DNA from: Porphyromonadaceae bacterium
GTDB lineage: Bacteria; Bacteroidota; Bacteroidia; Bacteroidales; UBA12481
Direction: 5' to 3'
DNA: 64,000 bases
NCBI GenBank assembly: GCA_007280905.1
Contig: QYQM01000038.1
Span: forward strand, 744-64,743
Shown here: positions 47,716 through 58,489 of the stretch, one piece after another
Position numbering within the stretch: the stretch's first letter is position 1
Layout: each line of letters starts with the position of its first letter
Notes under the pieces: generated by a model
Database searches by the model: none
The model's input: only the letters and a program-made list of their open reading frames with translations
Told to the model about the DNA's origin: nothing
Translations under genes and position numbers: made by a program

Positions 47716-49851
47716 TCAAAGGTGATCCTGAAAATATCTGGTCACCGTACGCATAAGGTGTATCCGGTCCTTGCCCCGTACATTATGCGGATGCTGCGGG
47801 TAAACCATGTAATCGATCAGTTTGCCTTCATCGATGCATTTCCTCACAAACATTAGTGAATTCTGCCATACAACCGTCGGGTCATTGTCACCATGAATCA
47901 GCATCAGCCGGCCGCGGAGATTTTTAACCTGCGGCAGGGTGCTTGACAGCTCATATCCTTCGGGGTTTTCACCGGGCATGTCCATATATCTCTCTCCGTA
48001 CATAACCTCATAATATTTCCAGTCGGTTACTGGGCCACCGGCTACGCCTACCTTAAAGATATCAGGATAATTGAGCATCAGGGAGGTTGTCATAAAAGCG
48101 CCGTAACTCCAGCCATGAACACCGATCCGGTTTGAATCGACAAATGGCAGTGAAAACAAATAGTTTATACCTTCCATCTGGTCAGCCATTTCCGCCTTTC
48201 CCAGGTTTCGATGAATGACCTGTTCAAAATCCCTTCCGCGGGCTTCGGATCCGCGATTGTCAAGTGTCATTGAAATATAGCCTTGCTGTGCCATATAGTA
48301 CTGCCATCCGGAAGCTCCACCCAGCCAGGTATTCAGAACCAGTTGTGCATGAGGCCCTCCGTATACATAAACAATCACCGGATATTTTTTCGTTGGATCC
48401 ATTTCAGGCGGAAGAACGAGGTATCCATACAGGTCAGTCTTTTTGTCAGCTGCCTTGATGGTAAAAGGCCGGTATTCACCCATTTTCAGGTTGGCCAGGG
48501 GATTTGGGGCATCAAAAATGGCTTTGGATTCCTTCGCGCTAATCTCGCGCAACAGAACACGACGAGGTACGCTATAACTTGAATATGTATCAATTACATA
48601 TCGTCCGTCCGAACTGATCAAGGCATCATGAGTGCCTGGATCCGGGGTTAGCGGTAGTTTGGCTCCCGAATTAAGATCCAGCCGATAGATGTGCCTCTCG
48701 AGGGGACTGGGATCGGTTGCTCTGAAATAAATGTACCGTCCCCGATTGTCCCAGTTAATAAAATCTGTTACAACCCACTCTCCCTGAGTCAATTGCCTGA
48801 TCAGGGAACCATCTGTCCGATATAGATACAGGTGATTAAAACCGTCCCGCTGACTGAACCAGATAAATTGTGAAGGATCATTCGGATTAAATATCAGCCC
48901 TTTAAGAGGTTCAACATACTTCTCTGAGGATTCTTCAAAAAGTGTCCTGATTTTTCTCCCGTTTTTGGCATCATACTGATTCACAAGCAAATGATTCTGC
49001 TCGCGGTTTAATACAGCTGCATAGAGATAATTTTCTGATGGATCCCATGAGATGTTGGTCATGTAACGATCATCTCCGAAAGCCTGCTCATCCAGAAAAA
49101 CAGTACTACCGTCAAAAAGGTTGAAAATACCAACCCTGATTATTTCACTTGGGCCTCCAGCCATGGGATAGCGGATCATTCCGGCAGTGGCCGGTGTGGT
49201 CGTAATATTGACCAAAGGATATTCAGGAACCTTCCTTTCATCTTTACGATAGAAAGCCAGCAGTGAACCTTTCGGTGACCAGAACAGGCCCGTACTGATT
49301 CCAAATTCGTCCCTTGAAACGGATTGTCCGTTGACGATACCCCTCTCCTGATCATTGGTCACTGAAGTCCTTTTGCCTGCATGATCGGTTATGAAGACAT
49401 TTTGTCCAATGGTATAGGCCGCCATCGTACCGGATGGAGCAAGGTTCAGATTGCCGGAACCTTCAGGGATGTAAAATTTCCCGGTCAGTTTCTTCTGATT
49501 CCAATCGAAATCCACAATAACAGAGCCAACTGTAAACCTGAAGAATCCTGAAGGGAGGATTTCCGGCAAAGGCAATACCTGTATCGCCGTTAAACCTGAT
49601 GCCTGAAGAATCTGATTGAACTCGTCGCGGGTAAGGATTACTGATTCTTTACTGGTTTTTGCCTGAACAGATATAATTAAACCATTCTTAACCTGCAAAA
49701 AGCCACCGGCAGGGCCACCCCAAACAAAAGATGGCCGGACAGGATACAGTCCGGTTTGTAAAACTGCCTGTTCGATTGACAACTGCTGAGCAGATATCTG
49801 AAAAGAAATTAAACTTGTTAGTAATAGACTAGCTGATAAGAACTTCTTCAT
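47716..49851 (-). CDS. S9-family serine peptidase, dipeptidyl-peptidase IV-like
   Basis: Signal peptide and beta-propeller N-domain. The catalytic GVHGWSYGAF nucleophile elbow and the C-terminal D/H region (IHGDNDPTV...HPHNV) are present. Confidence 0.9.
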   Translation of the reverse strand: MKKFLSASLLLTSLISFQISAQQLSIEQAVLQTGLYPVRPSFVWGGPAGGFLQVKNGLIISVQAKTSKESVILTRDEFNQILQASGLTAIQVLPLPEILPSGFFRFTVGSVIVDFDWNQKKLTGKFYIPEGSGNLNLAPSGTMAAYTIGQNVFITDHAGKRTSVTNDQERGIVNGQSVSRDEFGISTGLFWSPKGSLLAFYRKDERKVPEYPLVNITTTPATAGMIRYPMAGGPSEIIRVGIFNLFDGSTVFLDEQAFGDDRYMTNISWDPSENYLYAAVLNREQNHLLVNQYDAKNGRKIRTLFEESSEKYVEPLKGLIFNPNDPSQFIWFSQRDGFNHLYLYRTDGSLIRQLTQGEWVVTDFINWDNRGRYIYFRATDPSPLERHIYRLDLNSGAKLPLTPDPGTHDALISSDGRYVIDTYSSYSVPRRVLLREISAKESKAIFDAPNPLANLKMGEYRPFTIKAADKKTDLYGYLVLPPEMDPTKKYPVIVYVYGGPHAQLVLNTWLGGASGWQYYMAQQGYISMTLDNRGSEARGRDFEQVIHRNLGKAEMADQMEGINYLFSLPFVDSNRIGVHGWSYGAFMTTSLMLNYPDIFKVGVAGGPVTDWKYYEVMYGERYMDMPGENPEGYELSSTLPQVKNLRGRLMLIHGDNDPTVVWQNSLMFVRKCIDEGKLIDYMVYPQHPHNVRGKDRIHLMRTVTRYFQDHL

Positions 49852-51023
49852 TTCTTAAATATCTGGGATTTCTGGTATTTTGCCTTCTTACTGCCTTCAT
49901 AAATATCATAACGACGGAATGAACATTCAATCGAACCGTTGAGCATCGGTATTTTTTTCGTAGGATGCAATCCGATTGATTTCATGGCATCAGGATTTCC
50001 GCTGAAAATCCAAACCTGATATCCCTTGTAATGCTGTTTCATCCGGTCACCGATAAGCCGGTATAAACCGAGAATATTTTCAACTTTGAGTCTTTCGTCA
50101 TACGGAGGATTCGTGATCAGCCAGCCGCCACCGGCCGGCGGGATATAATTTTCAAGAGATTCATGGACGAGTTCGATTTTTTTGTCTAGGAAAGATCTGT
50201 GGACTCCCTCCCGTGCCAATTGGAGGGATTTAACCGATTTATCGGAACCTACTATTCTGTGTTTAAAATGGACATTCTCTTCGACCTGGTCAGCTACTTC
50301 TGTAAATAATTCAGGATTAAAGTTTTTCCATTTTTCAAAGCCAAAATTAGGCCGAAAAGTGCCCGGGGGAATATTCATGGCAATCATAGCTCCTTCTATC
50401 AGAAATGTACCGGATCCGCACATGGGATCAATCAGGTTTCCTTTTCCATTCCAACCTGCAAGCAAAAGCAGTCCGGCTGCTAATACTTCGTTTAACGGTG
50501 CCTGGTGTAATTGCGAGCGGTAACCTCTGCGGTGCAAGGAACTGCCGGAACTGTCTAAAAGAACATTGACCTTGGTATCCTGGATATGAATAGAAATCAG
50601 CAAATCAGGGTTATCGCGATCGACACTTGGACGTTTTCGGGTGCGGTCGCGGAACTGATCCACCACCGCATCCTTGGTACGCTGAGCAATAAACTGACTA
50701 TGCGAGAAATGGTCTGAAAACAGTACACACTCAACAGCCATCGACATAGAAGGTTCGAGAAATCTGACCCAATCGATCTTCTGGATTCCCTGGTACAGTT
50801 CAAAGTCGTTCTTTGCCGGAAAAGTATCCACTTCCACCAGTACTTTCAGGGCTGTCCTTAGCCTGTAATTGGCTGCATAAAGAGCTTTAAGGTCGCCCTT
50901 GAACCGTACAGCACGGTTCAAAATCTCGATATCCTGCACACCCAGTCCCCGGATTTCCTGTGCCAGAACCTCTTCAAGTCCCTGAAAGGTTTTGGCAACC
51001 ATGTAAAAATGTTCCCCTAACAT
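49848..51023 (-). CDS. THUMP-domain class I SAM-dependent RNA methyltransferase (RlmL/UPF0020-like)
   Basis: THUMP N-domain, then DPMCGSGTFLIEG (SAM motif I) and NPPYDERL (motif IV). Confidence 0.85.
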   Translation of the reverse strand: MLGEHFYMVAKTFQGLEEVLAQEIRGLGVQDIEILNRAVRFKGDLKALYAANYRLRTALKVLVEVDTFPAKNDFELYQGIQKIDWVRFLEPSMSMAVECVLFSDHFSHSQFIAQRTKDAVVDQFRDRTRKRPSVDRDNPDLLISIHIQDTKVNVLLDSSGSSLHRRGYRSQLHQAPLNEVLAAGLLLLAGWNGKGNLIDPMCGSGTFLIEGAMIAMNIPPGTFRPNFGFEKWKNFNPELFTEVADQVEENVHFKHRIVGSDKSVKSLQLAREGVHRSFLDKKIELVHESLENYIPPAGGGWLITNPPYDERLKVENILGLYRLIGDRMKQHYKGYQVWIFSGNPDAMKSIGLHPTKKIPMLNGSIECSFRRYDIYEGSKKAKYQKSQIFKK

Positions 51024-51556
51024 ATAATCACCCGATTTACAATTTCTATTGCATTTTGAAGTCGTTCTCCCCCTTTTCCAAAGACCCGAAAATAGGTAAA
51101 TCCTGCTGCATTAAGCTCCTGTTCATACTGTTCCGACAAATATTCCCTGCGATGCGGGTTTTCCCGCAGGGGATCATACTGCCAGGGCAAATCGGGTTCA
51201 CATAACAGGTAAGTACCTTGCCCTGCCCGCGGAATTTCCTCTTCGAGCCAGCCAGGTACATCATTATATACTTCACGAAACCAGACCTTCAGAATAATCA
51301 GGCAGGTATCAAAAAAAACAATTGGGTTTTGCCTGTTCTGATAGATCAGTTCGATCTGACGATGGGCGATTAACTCAACATCTGCATAATTATAATGACG
51401 GTTTATGGATTCGAGATAAGTACGTGCATATTCAGGTATGCCAATACCTCCAAACTGTTTTGCAAGCTCTTCGGTAAGAGTACTTTTACCTGTGGATTCG
51501 GCACCTGTAATAAAAAAAACCCGGTTTAAACTATTGTCTTCCATGCTTTTCTCCAT
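51017..51556 (-). CDS. NadR-type P-loop kinase (nicotinamide riboside kinase-like)
   Basis: VFFITGAESTGKSTL Walker A. It is paired with pnuC immediately upstream. I trimmed the start to the internal ATG (MEKSMEDN). Confidence 0.7.
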   Translation of the reverse strand: MEKSMEDNSLNRVFFITGAESTGKSTLTEELAKQFGGIGIPEYARTYLESINRHYNYADVELIAHRQIELIYQNRQNPIVFFDTCLIILKVWFREVYNDVPGWLEEEIPRAGQGTYLLCEPDLPWQYDPLRENPHRREYLSEQYEQELNAAGFTYFRVFGKGGERLQNAIEIVNRVIIC

Positions 51557-52125
51557 TGCCGGTAACCCACTATAGCCATAATGATATACACCAGGAATAA
51601 TATAGTGGTGGCATAAAGTTCCTGCCACAAATACAATCCGATCGATACAGAATCAATAATAATCCAGAAAAGCCATTGTTCGAGTATCTTCCTGGCAAGC
51701 ATCCAGGTCGCGACAATTCCCCCCGATGCGGTAAAGGCATCCCAATAAGGAATGGTTGAGTTAGTATACTCTTTGAGCAGGTAACTGATAACCATCCATA
51801 ATACAAGCCACAATAAAATCAGAATGATCAGCAAGCGACTACTCACGCGGGTCACTGGAAGCCCGGCATCCGCATCCGGTTCCTTCGCTTTCGCCGACCA
51901 ATGGAACCATCCGTAAATACTAATGATTGCATAATAAGCCTGAAGTGCCATCCCCGCATAAAATCCGGAATGCTCATAAACCCAAGCATATAGAATGGCC
52001 GATAAAATTCCGAAAAACCAGAGCCAGATGATTTGTTTAATGGTTAGAATCACGTAGGTAAAACTCACCAGAGCTGCCGCCACTTCTATCCAATTTACTG
52101 ATATCCAGCTCAGTATGATTTCCAT
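51526..52125 (-). CDS. pnuC: nicotinamide riboside transporter PnuC
   Basis: 199 aa with seven hydrophobic segments. Trp-rich motifs (YGWFHW, WLFWIIIDSVSIGLY) are typical of PnuC. Confidence 0.85.
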   Translation of the reverse strand: MEIILSWISVNWIEVAAALVSFTYVILTIKQIIWLWFFGILSAILYAWVYEHSGFYAGMALQAYYAIISIYGWFHWSAKAKEPDADAGLPVTRVSSRLLIILILLWLVLWMVISYLLKEYTNSTIPYWDAFTASGGIVATWMLARKILEQWLFWIIIDSVSIGLYLWQELYATTILFLVYIIMAIVGYRQWRKAWKTIV

Positions 52126-52321
52126 CGCAATAATTGATTTTTTTTAACCCTGCGAAAGTAGGCTTTTCATCAGTCAAATCCAGAAAAGGGTTCCATCAGA
52201 GTTACATTAAGCAGGCCGCTAAATCCCGAATCGCTTCCCCATAAATTCCAAGAACGGTTCAAACCTGACTACATTCTGCCGCTTAAAGAAATTGGCCTTC
52301 TGATCAACCGTATTTTTTTTC

Positions 52322-53851
52322 CTATTCCCACTCGATAGTAGCCGGTGGTTTGGAGCTGATATCATAAACAACCCTATTAACACCCCTTACCCTGTTAATT
52401 ATCTCATTGGAAATGTGCGCCAGAAATTCATAGGGCAAATGAGCCCAATCGGCTGTCATTCCGTCGGTTGAAGTAACCGCCCTCAACGCAACAACACTTT
52501 CATAGGTTCTTTCATCGCCCATAACTCCCACAGCCTGAATCGGTAATAGCATAGCACCTGCCTGCCAGACGAGGTCATAGAGCTCAGCCTCTTTCAATCC
52601 CTGGATGAAAATATGGTCGACTTCCTGTAACAGACGAACCTTATCGGTATCTACAGCACCCAGGATACGAATTCCCAATCCCGGTCCCGGGAAGGGATGT
52701 CTTTTCAGAAAGGCTTCCGGAATATGCAGCGCCTGCCCTACTCTGCGTACTTCATCCTTAAACAGAAGTTTCAATGGTTCAACAATTTTCAGATGCATCT
52801 TCTCGGGCAATCCCCCAACATTATGATGTGATTTGATAGTTGCGGATGGCCCGTTTACTGAAACCGATTCGATCACATCAGGATAGATTGTACCTTGTGC
52901 AAGCCACCGGATATCTTTGAGTTTTGCAGCTTCCCGCTCAAATACCTCAATAAATACGCGCCCGATTGCTTTACGCTTTTTTTCAGGATCCGTTACTCCT
53001 TTTAACTGCGACAAAAACTCATCAGCAGCACGGATACCTATTACATTTATTCCCAGATGCTTATAGGATTCCATAACCGTTTCAAATTCATTTTTCCGCA
53101 GAAGGCCATTATCGATAAAAATACCTTTGAGGTGGTTTCCGATCGCCTTTTGCAACAGAACTCCGGCCACAGTTGAATCCACCCCGCCCGACAGACCAAG
53201 AACTACCGGATCATTCCCCACAATTCCCCGGATTGATTTGATGGTACTTTCAATAAAGATATCCGGAGTCCATGATTGATTGCATCCGCAGATATCAACC
53301 AGAAAATTCCTCAGGAGATCCTTTCCTTCGAGGGTATGGTAAACTTCGGGATGGAACTGAATGCCAAAGGTTGGCTCCCCTTTGATGTGAAAACCTCCCA
53401 CCATCACATCGTTAGTACTGGCTGTAATGCGGTAATTATCCGGGATTTTCGCAATGGTATCGCCATGCGACATCCAAACCTGGGTGTTCCTGGAAATTCC
53501 CCCGAAGAGGGGATCGGATTGATCTACAAAGGAAAGATTTGCCCGGCCATATTCCCGTTGGTTTGAAGGAAGAACTTCCCCGCCAAAAAAATGGGATAAA
53601 TATTGGGCCCCATAACAAATTCCCAGAATCGGTACAACTCCTTTATAGCTTAACAGATCAGGTTTAGGTGCATTCGGATCACGCACTGAAAACGGGCTTC
53701 CCGACAAGATCACTCCTTTGATATGGCTACCGGTGACAGGCGGCTTATTAAATGGATGTATTTCGCAATACACGTTTAATTCCCTGATCTTACGTGCGAT
53801 AAGTTGGGTATATTGGGATCCGAAATCCAGAATTAAAATTGTGTCTTCCAT
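52322..53851 (-). CDS. guaA: glutamine-hydrolysing GMP synthase
   Basis: [27 protein letters not shown], the PP-loop LSGGVDSTV, and the C-terminal PPATIEWE. I trimmed to the ATG giving MEDTILIL. Confidence 0.95.
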   Translation of the reverse strand: MEDTILILDFGSQYTQLIARKIRELNVYCEIHPFNKPPVTGSHIKGVILSGSPFSVRDPNAPKPDLLSYKGVVPILGICYGAQYLSHFFGGEVLPSNQREYGRANLSFVDQSDPLFGGISRNTQVWMSHGDTIAKIPDNYRITASTNDVMVGGFHIKGEPTFGIQFHPEVYHTLEGKDLLRNFLVDICGCNQSWTPDIFIESTIKSIRGIVGNDPVVLGLSGGVDSTVAGVLLQKAIGNHLKGIFIDNGLLRKNEFETVMESYKHLGINVIGIRAADEFLSQLKGVTDPEKKRKAIGRVFIEVFEREAAKLKDIRWLAQGTIYPDVIESVSVNGPSATIKSHHNVGGLPEKMHLKIVEPLKLLFKDEVRRVGQALHIPEAFLKRHPFPGPGLGIRILGAVDTDKVRLLQEVDHIFIQGLKEAELYDLVWQAGAMLLPIQAVGVMGDERTYESVVALRAVTSTDGMTADWAHLPYEFLAHISNEIINRVRGVNRVVYDISSKPPATIEWE

Positions 53852-53885
53852 GGCAATCGTAGTTATAAAGCAATAATATATAAAA

Positions 53886-54704
53886 TTAGAACTTCGATGG
53901 CAGCCGCGGTGGGATATCAATGGTTAATCCATCAGTTGCCTCAATGGTCTCAGGAAAAATTTCCCTGGCTTCATCTAAAAGAATTGCAATGTCCTTATAT
54001 CGCGCCGAAAAATGGCCGATTACCAGTTTTTTTGCCCCGGCCAGAAGGGCAAGTTCTGCTGCCTGCCTCGCAGTAGAATGGGCAGTAGAAACTGCACGGT
54101 TCAATTCTTTTTGCCCATAAGTAGCTTCATGGTACAGCAGATCGCATCCTGCAAAAACGGTTGCCAACCCAGGATCAAAAATGGTGTCCGTGCAATAGGC
54201 AAATGTCCTGGGCTCGTTTAGCAGATTGTTTGTACCCATAAGTTTTTCCCTGAACAAAAAGCCCCACGTAGGGATCCGGTGTTTCACAGGAAATGATATG
54301 ACCTCAACCGCCTTATCCTCAAATATTTTGAAAACGCCGGATTGATCAAGCGAATGAAAAACAATTGGCAGAAGCAGCGATTCGGGGAAAAGTGAAAAAT
54401 GGTTCCTGACAAATTTCTCAAGATCCGGCGGGCCGAAGATTTCTATCTCCTTTTTTCTGCCGATCAGTGTTTGGGTAGCTAAATATCCGAAGAGTCCGAG
54501 TATATGATCGCTATGCAGGTGACTGATAAAAATCTGGTGCACGCGACCAAAGCGAATACGAAATCTCCTGAATTGCATCTGAGTTCCCTCGCCACAGTCT
54601 ATTAAGAAAAACCGCTCATGCACGTTAAGCACATGAGCGGTCGTATTTCGGCTGGCAGTCGGAACTGCTGAACTGCTTCCCAGTATTGTCAGGGAAAACT
54701 TCAT
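53886..54704 (-). CDS. rnz: ribonuclease Z / MBL-fold metallo-hydrolase
   Basis: [10 protein letters not shown]...[10 protein letters not shown]...[12 protein letters not shown] (HxHxDH motif). At 272 aa it is shorter than many RNase Z proteins. Confidence 0.7.
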   Translation of the reverse strand: MKFSLTILGSSSAVPTASRNTTAHVLNVHERFFLIDCGEGTQMQFRRFRIRFGRVHQIFISHLHSDHILGLFGYLATQTLIGRKKEIEIFGPPDLEKFVRNHFSLFPESLLLPIVFHSLDQSGVFKIFEDKAVEVISFPVKHRIPTWGFLFREKLMGTNNLLNEPRTFAYCTDTIFDPGLATVFAGCDLLYHEATYGQKELNRAVSTAHSTARQAAELALLAGAKKLVIGHFSARYKDIAILLDEAREIFPETIEATDGLTIDIPPRLPSKF

Positions 54705-54709
54705 CCGGA

Positions 54710-56956
54710 TTATGCCTCCTGCTCTGCTGTTGCTTCTGGTTCCTGTGGTTTTTCCTTCTTTTTCCTTGTTTTCACAGGAGCCTTGGTGGCTTTGGCAATT
54801 TTCTTGGCTGGTGCTTCGGTAATTTCCTGAGCTGGTTCTTCTGCAATTTCCAGAGCTGGTGCTTCGGTAATTTCCGGCTTCACAATTGATTTTGCAGCAA
54901 CGGTTTGCACTGCAGTTGCTTTTTTAGTCTGGCTTTTTTTAATCACGCGCTGCTCATCAGCTTCCATCCTGTCTTTTAGGGCAGCGAGTTCGGAAATATC
55001 ACCAAGGGTTGTCGATTCCATGCTGGGTTTAACCTTTTTGACAGCTTTTTCAACAATGGGTTTTTGTTGCTTACGTTCAATCGTCTCCTCCGCACGTTTC
55101 TCATCTTCGAAAACACGGCTATGTGAGAGGATGATCCGTTTTGCAGATTTATTGAATTCAATAACCTTGAACATCAGTTTTTCCTCGGCTTTTGCCTGTG
55201 TTCCGTCTTCCTTGATCAGGTGCCTCGGAGTAGCAAAGCCTTCAACACCGTAAGGTAACGCTATAACTGCACCACGGTCAAATACGCTTATAATCGTACC
55301 TTCATGGAGAGCACCTTCGGAGAACATGGTTTCAAAAACGTCCCATGGATTTTCCTCAAGTTGTTTATGGCCAAGACTTAACCGGCGGTTTTCCTTGTCG
55401 ATTTCTAATACTACAACTGAAATTTCATCTCCAATGGAGCAGAATTCAGCAGGATGTTTAATTTTCTTCGTCCAGCTAAGGTCAGAGATATGAATCAACC
55501 CATCCACACCTTCTTCGATTTCAACAAATACACCAAAACCGGTAAAGTTCCGAACTTTAGCAGTATGCTGTGAACCAATCGGATATCTGTTTTCGATATT
55601 CGACCATGGATCCTGCCGCATCTGCTTGATACCCAATGACATTTTCCTGTCTTCACGGTCCAGTGTCAAAATAGCGGCTTCAATTTCATCTCCAACCTTC
55701 AGGAATTCCTGAGCGCTGCGCAGATGCTGTGACCATGACATTTCGGATACGTGAATAAGTCCTTCAACACCCGCGGTAATCTCAACAAAAGCCCCATAAT
55801 CAGCCATAACAACAACTTTCCCTTTAACTACATCACCAACTTTGAGGTTGGCATCAAGAGAATCCCATGGATGCGGGGTCAATTGTTTCAGACCAAGTGC
55901 AATACGTTTTTTGTGATCATCAAAATCAAGTATTACCACGTTGATCTTCTGATCAAGGGCGACGATTTCTTCCGGATGATTTACGCGGCCCCAGGAAAGG
56001 TCGGTAATGTGAATAAGTCCATCGACTCCTCCGAGATCAATAAATACCCCGTAAGAGGTAATGTTTTTAACAGTTCCTTCGAGGACCTGTCCTTTTTCAA
56101 GCTTGGAAATGATTTCCTGTTTTTGGATTTCGAGTTCGGCTTCAATAAGTGCTTTGTGTGAAACAACCACATTCTTGAATTCATGATTGATTTTTACAAC
56201 CTTGAATTCCATGGTCTTTCCAACAAAAATATCATAATCACGAATTGGTTTCACATCAATTTGCGAACCGGGCAGGAATGCTTCAATGCCAAAGACATCG
56301 ACGATCATGCCACCTTTTGTACGGCATTTGATGTACCCTTTAATGATTTCACTCTTCTCAAAGGCATCGTTAACCCGATCCCATGAACGCAGGGCACGGG
56401 CTTTCTTGTGAGAAAGGACCAACTGTCCGTTTTTGTCCTCAAGAGTTTCCACATACACTTCAACCTTGTCACCAATCTTTAGGTCAGGATCATAACGGAA
56501 CTCGTTCAAGCTGACCACCCCTTCGGATTTGTAACCAATGTTGACCACTACTTCACGTTTGTTCATGAAAACAACCGTTCCGTCAATTACTTCATTAGCT
56601 CCAACAACTGAAAGGGTCTGATCAAACATAGCTTCCAGCTGGGAACGTTCTTCAGCGCTGTATCCATCCTGCTCTGCTTCGTACTTATCCCAGTCAAATT
56701 CCTGACCGGTTAGTTGGGTAGCAGATAACAGCTGAACTACATCCACTTCTTCTTCCTCAACATCAACATCACCTTCTTCTTCTTCGGGAATAAAATCATC
56801 TTCTTCCAATTCTTCTTCCAGAAGAACTACTTCTCCGTCATCAAAGCTGAGATCAACTTCGACTTCTTGATTTTCTGCCTCTTGGGCCGATTCGGTAGCC
56901 GGATTCAGAATTTGTTCGGCTTCCTCTTCCATTGATTTTTTTTCAATTTCGGACAT
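54710..56956 (-). CDS. rpsA: 30S ribosomal protein S1 with acidic N-terminal and repeat-containing C-terminal extensions
   Basis: Six S1/OB repeats are present (for example GTVVFMNKREVVVNIGYKSEG and GFLPGSQI). About 100 aa of E/D-rich leader precede them. The tail carries EITEAPA-type repeats. Confidence 0.93.
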   Translation of the reverse strand: MSEIEKKSMEEEAEQILNPATESAQEAENQEVEVDLSFDDGEVVLLEEELEEDDFIPEEEEGDVDVEEEEVDVVQLLSATQLTGQEFDWDKYEAEQDGYSAEERSQLEAMFDQTLSVVGANEVIDGTVVFMNKREVVVNIGYKSEGVVSLNEFRYDPDLKIGDKVEVYVETLEDKNGQLVLSHKKARALRSWDRVNDAFEKSEIIKGYIKCRTKGGMIVDVFGIEAFLPGSQIDVKPIRDYDIFVGKTMEFKVVKINHEFKNVVVSHKALIEAELEIQKQEIISKLEKGQVLEGTVKNITSYGVFIDLGGVDGLIHITDLSWGRVNHPEEIVALDQKINVVILDFDDHKKRIALGLKQLTPHPWDSLDANLKVGDVVKGKVVVMADYGAFVEITAGVEGLIHVSEMSWSQHLRSAQEFLKVGDEIEAAILTLDREDRKMSLGIKQMRQDPWSNIENRYPIGSQHTAKVRNFTGFGVFVEIEEGVDGLIHISDLSWTKKIKHPAEFCSIGDEISVVVLEIDKENRRLSLGHKQLEENPWDVFETMFSEGALHEGTIISVFDRGAVIALPYGVEGFATPRHLIKEDGTQAKAEEKLMFKVIEFNKSAKRIILSHSRVFEDEKRAEETIERKQQKPIVEKAVKKVKPSMESTTLGDISELAALKDRMEADEQRVIKKSQTKKATAVQTVAAKSIVKPEITEAPALEIAEEPAQEITEAPAKKIAKATKAPVKTRKKKEKPQEPEATAEQEA

Positions 56957-57072
56957 TTTGTAAAACTCAATTAATTAATGTGTTAGACATTATTTTGATA
57001 AACTTGGGCGCAAAGGTAAGGATTTTTCAATAGATGGCGAAATAAAGGCGAACACATAACCGAGATAAACAA

Positions 57073-58257
57073 TCATCCAAAAGACAGGCGGCTTCGCTTG
57101 GGTATTTCTCCGATAACAGACTTCAACTGATCCACCTGACATCCGTTCAACAAGGCTAAAACGGGGTGATCTATAGATGATTGAAATAATTTAACTGCTT
57201 CCTCGTCAGCTTTGCTCCATGTTCTCGTTGCATGTCCAACCAAAATCGACAGGTGGCCTGATTGAGTCATCATGGCCGGATATTCGTGTACCAGCAATGC
57301 TGGCAGTTCGATTACCAGATAGTGATAACCTTTCGTCAGGAAAGTATAATTCCTTAGCAATTCATTGATATTCCGGATACTGATAAAATTATCAGGAACG
57401 GCATATTCGTAGTCCCATGCCTGCAAAGGCTGATCGAACCTATTAAACTGCAGCTTAAACTCATCAGTCGAATTCGTTTCCAGTGGTTTAATATATAATA
57501 CCTTAGATCCACTGGCACGGAGTTTCTCCACCACCCTGGTGGCTAAATATGTTTTGCCTTCATTTTCCCGGGTGCTGATAAAAAACAAAATAAATGGCTG
57601 CTCACCGAGGATTTTCCGCCCGAGATCCTCGAGGCGGATTCTTTGAGTAATCAGGTCAATGGCACGTGATGAAATGAGAGGATAATTAATTCGATTATTC
57701 GGTTTGGCAGGTATCCAGGGAAATGCCCCGATCAGTTTCAGTCCGGAAAGCTCTGCAAAGCGACCGGGAAATTTTATACCGGTATCAAGAAACTGCAGCA
57801 GAATTATCAAAGAGGAAGTTATCACTAATCCGGCCAAAAAAGCGCCTATTACCATGATCATCCGTTTCGATGTATGACGTTCATAACGCAACGAATTCAG
57901 TTCCGGTACCTTTTTAATCACGATGGTATCTACCCTACCGGGTTCCGGAAGAGTTCCTACTATCAGTCGCTGACCCCCGTTAAATGGAGGCATTGGGGAA
58001 TTCAGCCGATTTAATTCATCCAGAGTCAATCCAAATTTTTTGCATACGCCTAAAGGACTATCGCCAGCTTTAATCGTATAATATCTTGCTTTCGCCCGGA
58101 GCAAAAGCGTGTCTTTTTTAGGGTTATCAGGCGGCTTTGAATAACTGATTGCAGTCTTCTCCAGGGTTTCACGGTGACCCATGGTGAACAAATAAACTAA
58201 CACCGCCATCATAGAAGCCACACCAAAAATCAGAAATACATTTCTTTTCCTTTTCAT
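57073..58257 (-). CDS. membrane protein with LysM domain and BY-kinase/MinD-like P-loop domain (tentative)
   Basis: LysM segment YYTIKAGDSPLGVCKKFGLTLDELNRLN. Two TM segments are present, and ISTRENEGKT resembles a Walker A. There is no C-terminal Tyr cluster. I placed the start at the internal ATG (MKRKRNVF). Confidence 0.55.
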   Translation of the reverse strand: MKRKRNVFLIFGVASMMAVLVYLFTMGHRETLEKTAISYSKPPDNPKKDTLLLRAKARYYTIKAGDSPLGVCKKFGLTLDELNRLNSPMPPFNGGQRLIVGTLPEPGRVDTIVIKKVPELNSLRYERHTSKRMIMVIGAFLAGLVITSSLIILLQFLDTGIKFPGRFAELSGLKLIGAFPWIPAKPNNRINYPLISSRAIDLITQRIRLEDLGRKILGEQPFILFFISTRENEGKTYLATRVVEKLRASGSKVLYIKPLETNSTDEFKLQFNRFDQPLQAWDYEYAVPDNFISIRNINELLRNYTFLTKGYHYLVIELPALLVHEYPAMMTQSGHLSILVGHATRTWSKADEEAVKLFQSSIDHPVLALLNGCQVDQLKSVIGEIPKRSRLSFG

Positions 58258-58489
58258 CGTTAAATAGATTTCAATATCCAACCAACTTACGGCTTCAGTG
58301 GTAGTAAAAATATAACAATTTGGCTTATCAGATTATGATTTTCCTGTATGAGAGGGAGGTTCCTCACAATTTTCCTTAAAGTATCGACATACTTATGGGA
58401 TACTGCTATATTTAGAGCATCGATTTATAACCATAGATCGTATAGTTATTTTGATAAAATTCAAGTATTTACAGATAAACTAAACTATC

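Noticed and set aside
52126-52321. NAD/pnuC-motif riboswitch upstream of pnuC
   Set aside because: I recognise no conserved motif or stable paired domain by eye. The spacer must also hold the guaA terminator and the pnuC promoter. An Rfam scan would be needed to overturn this.
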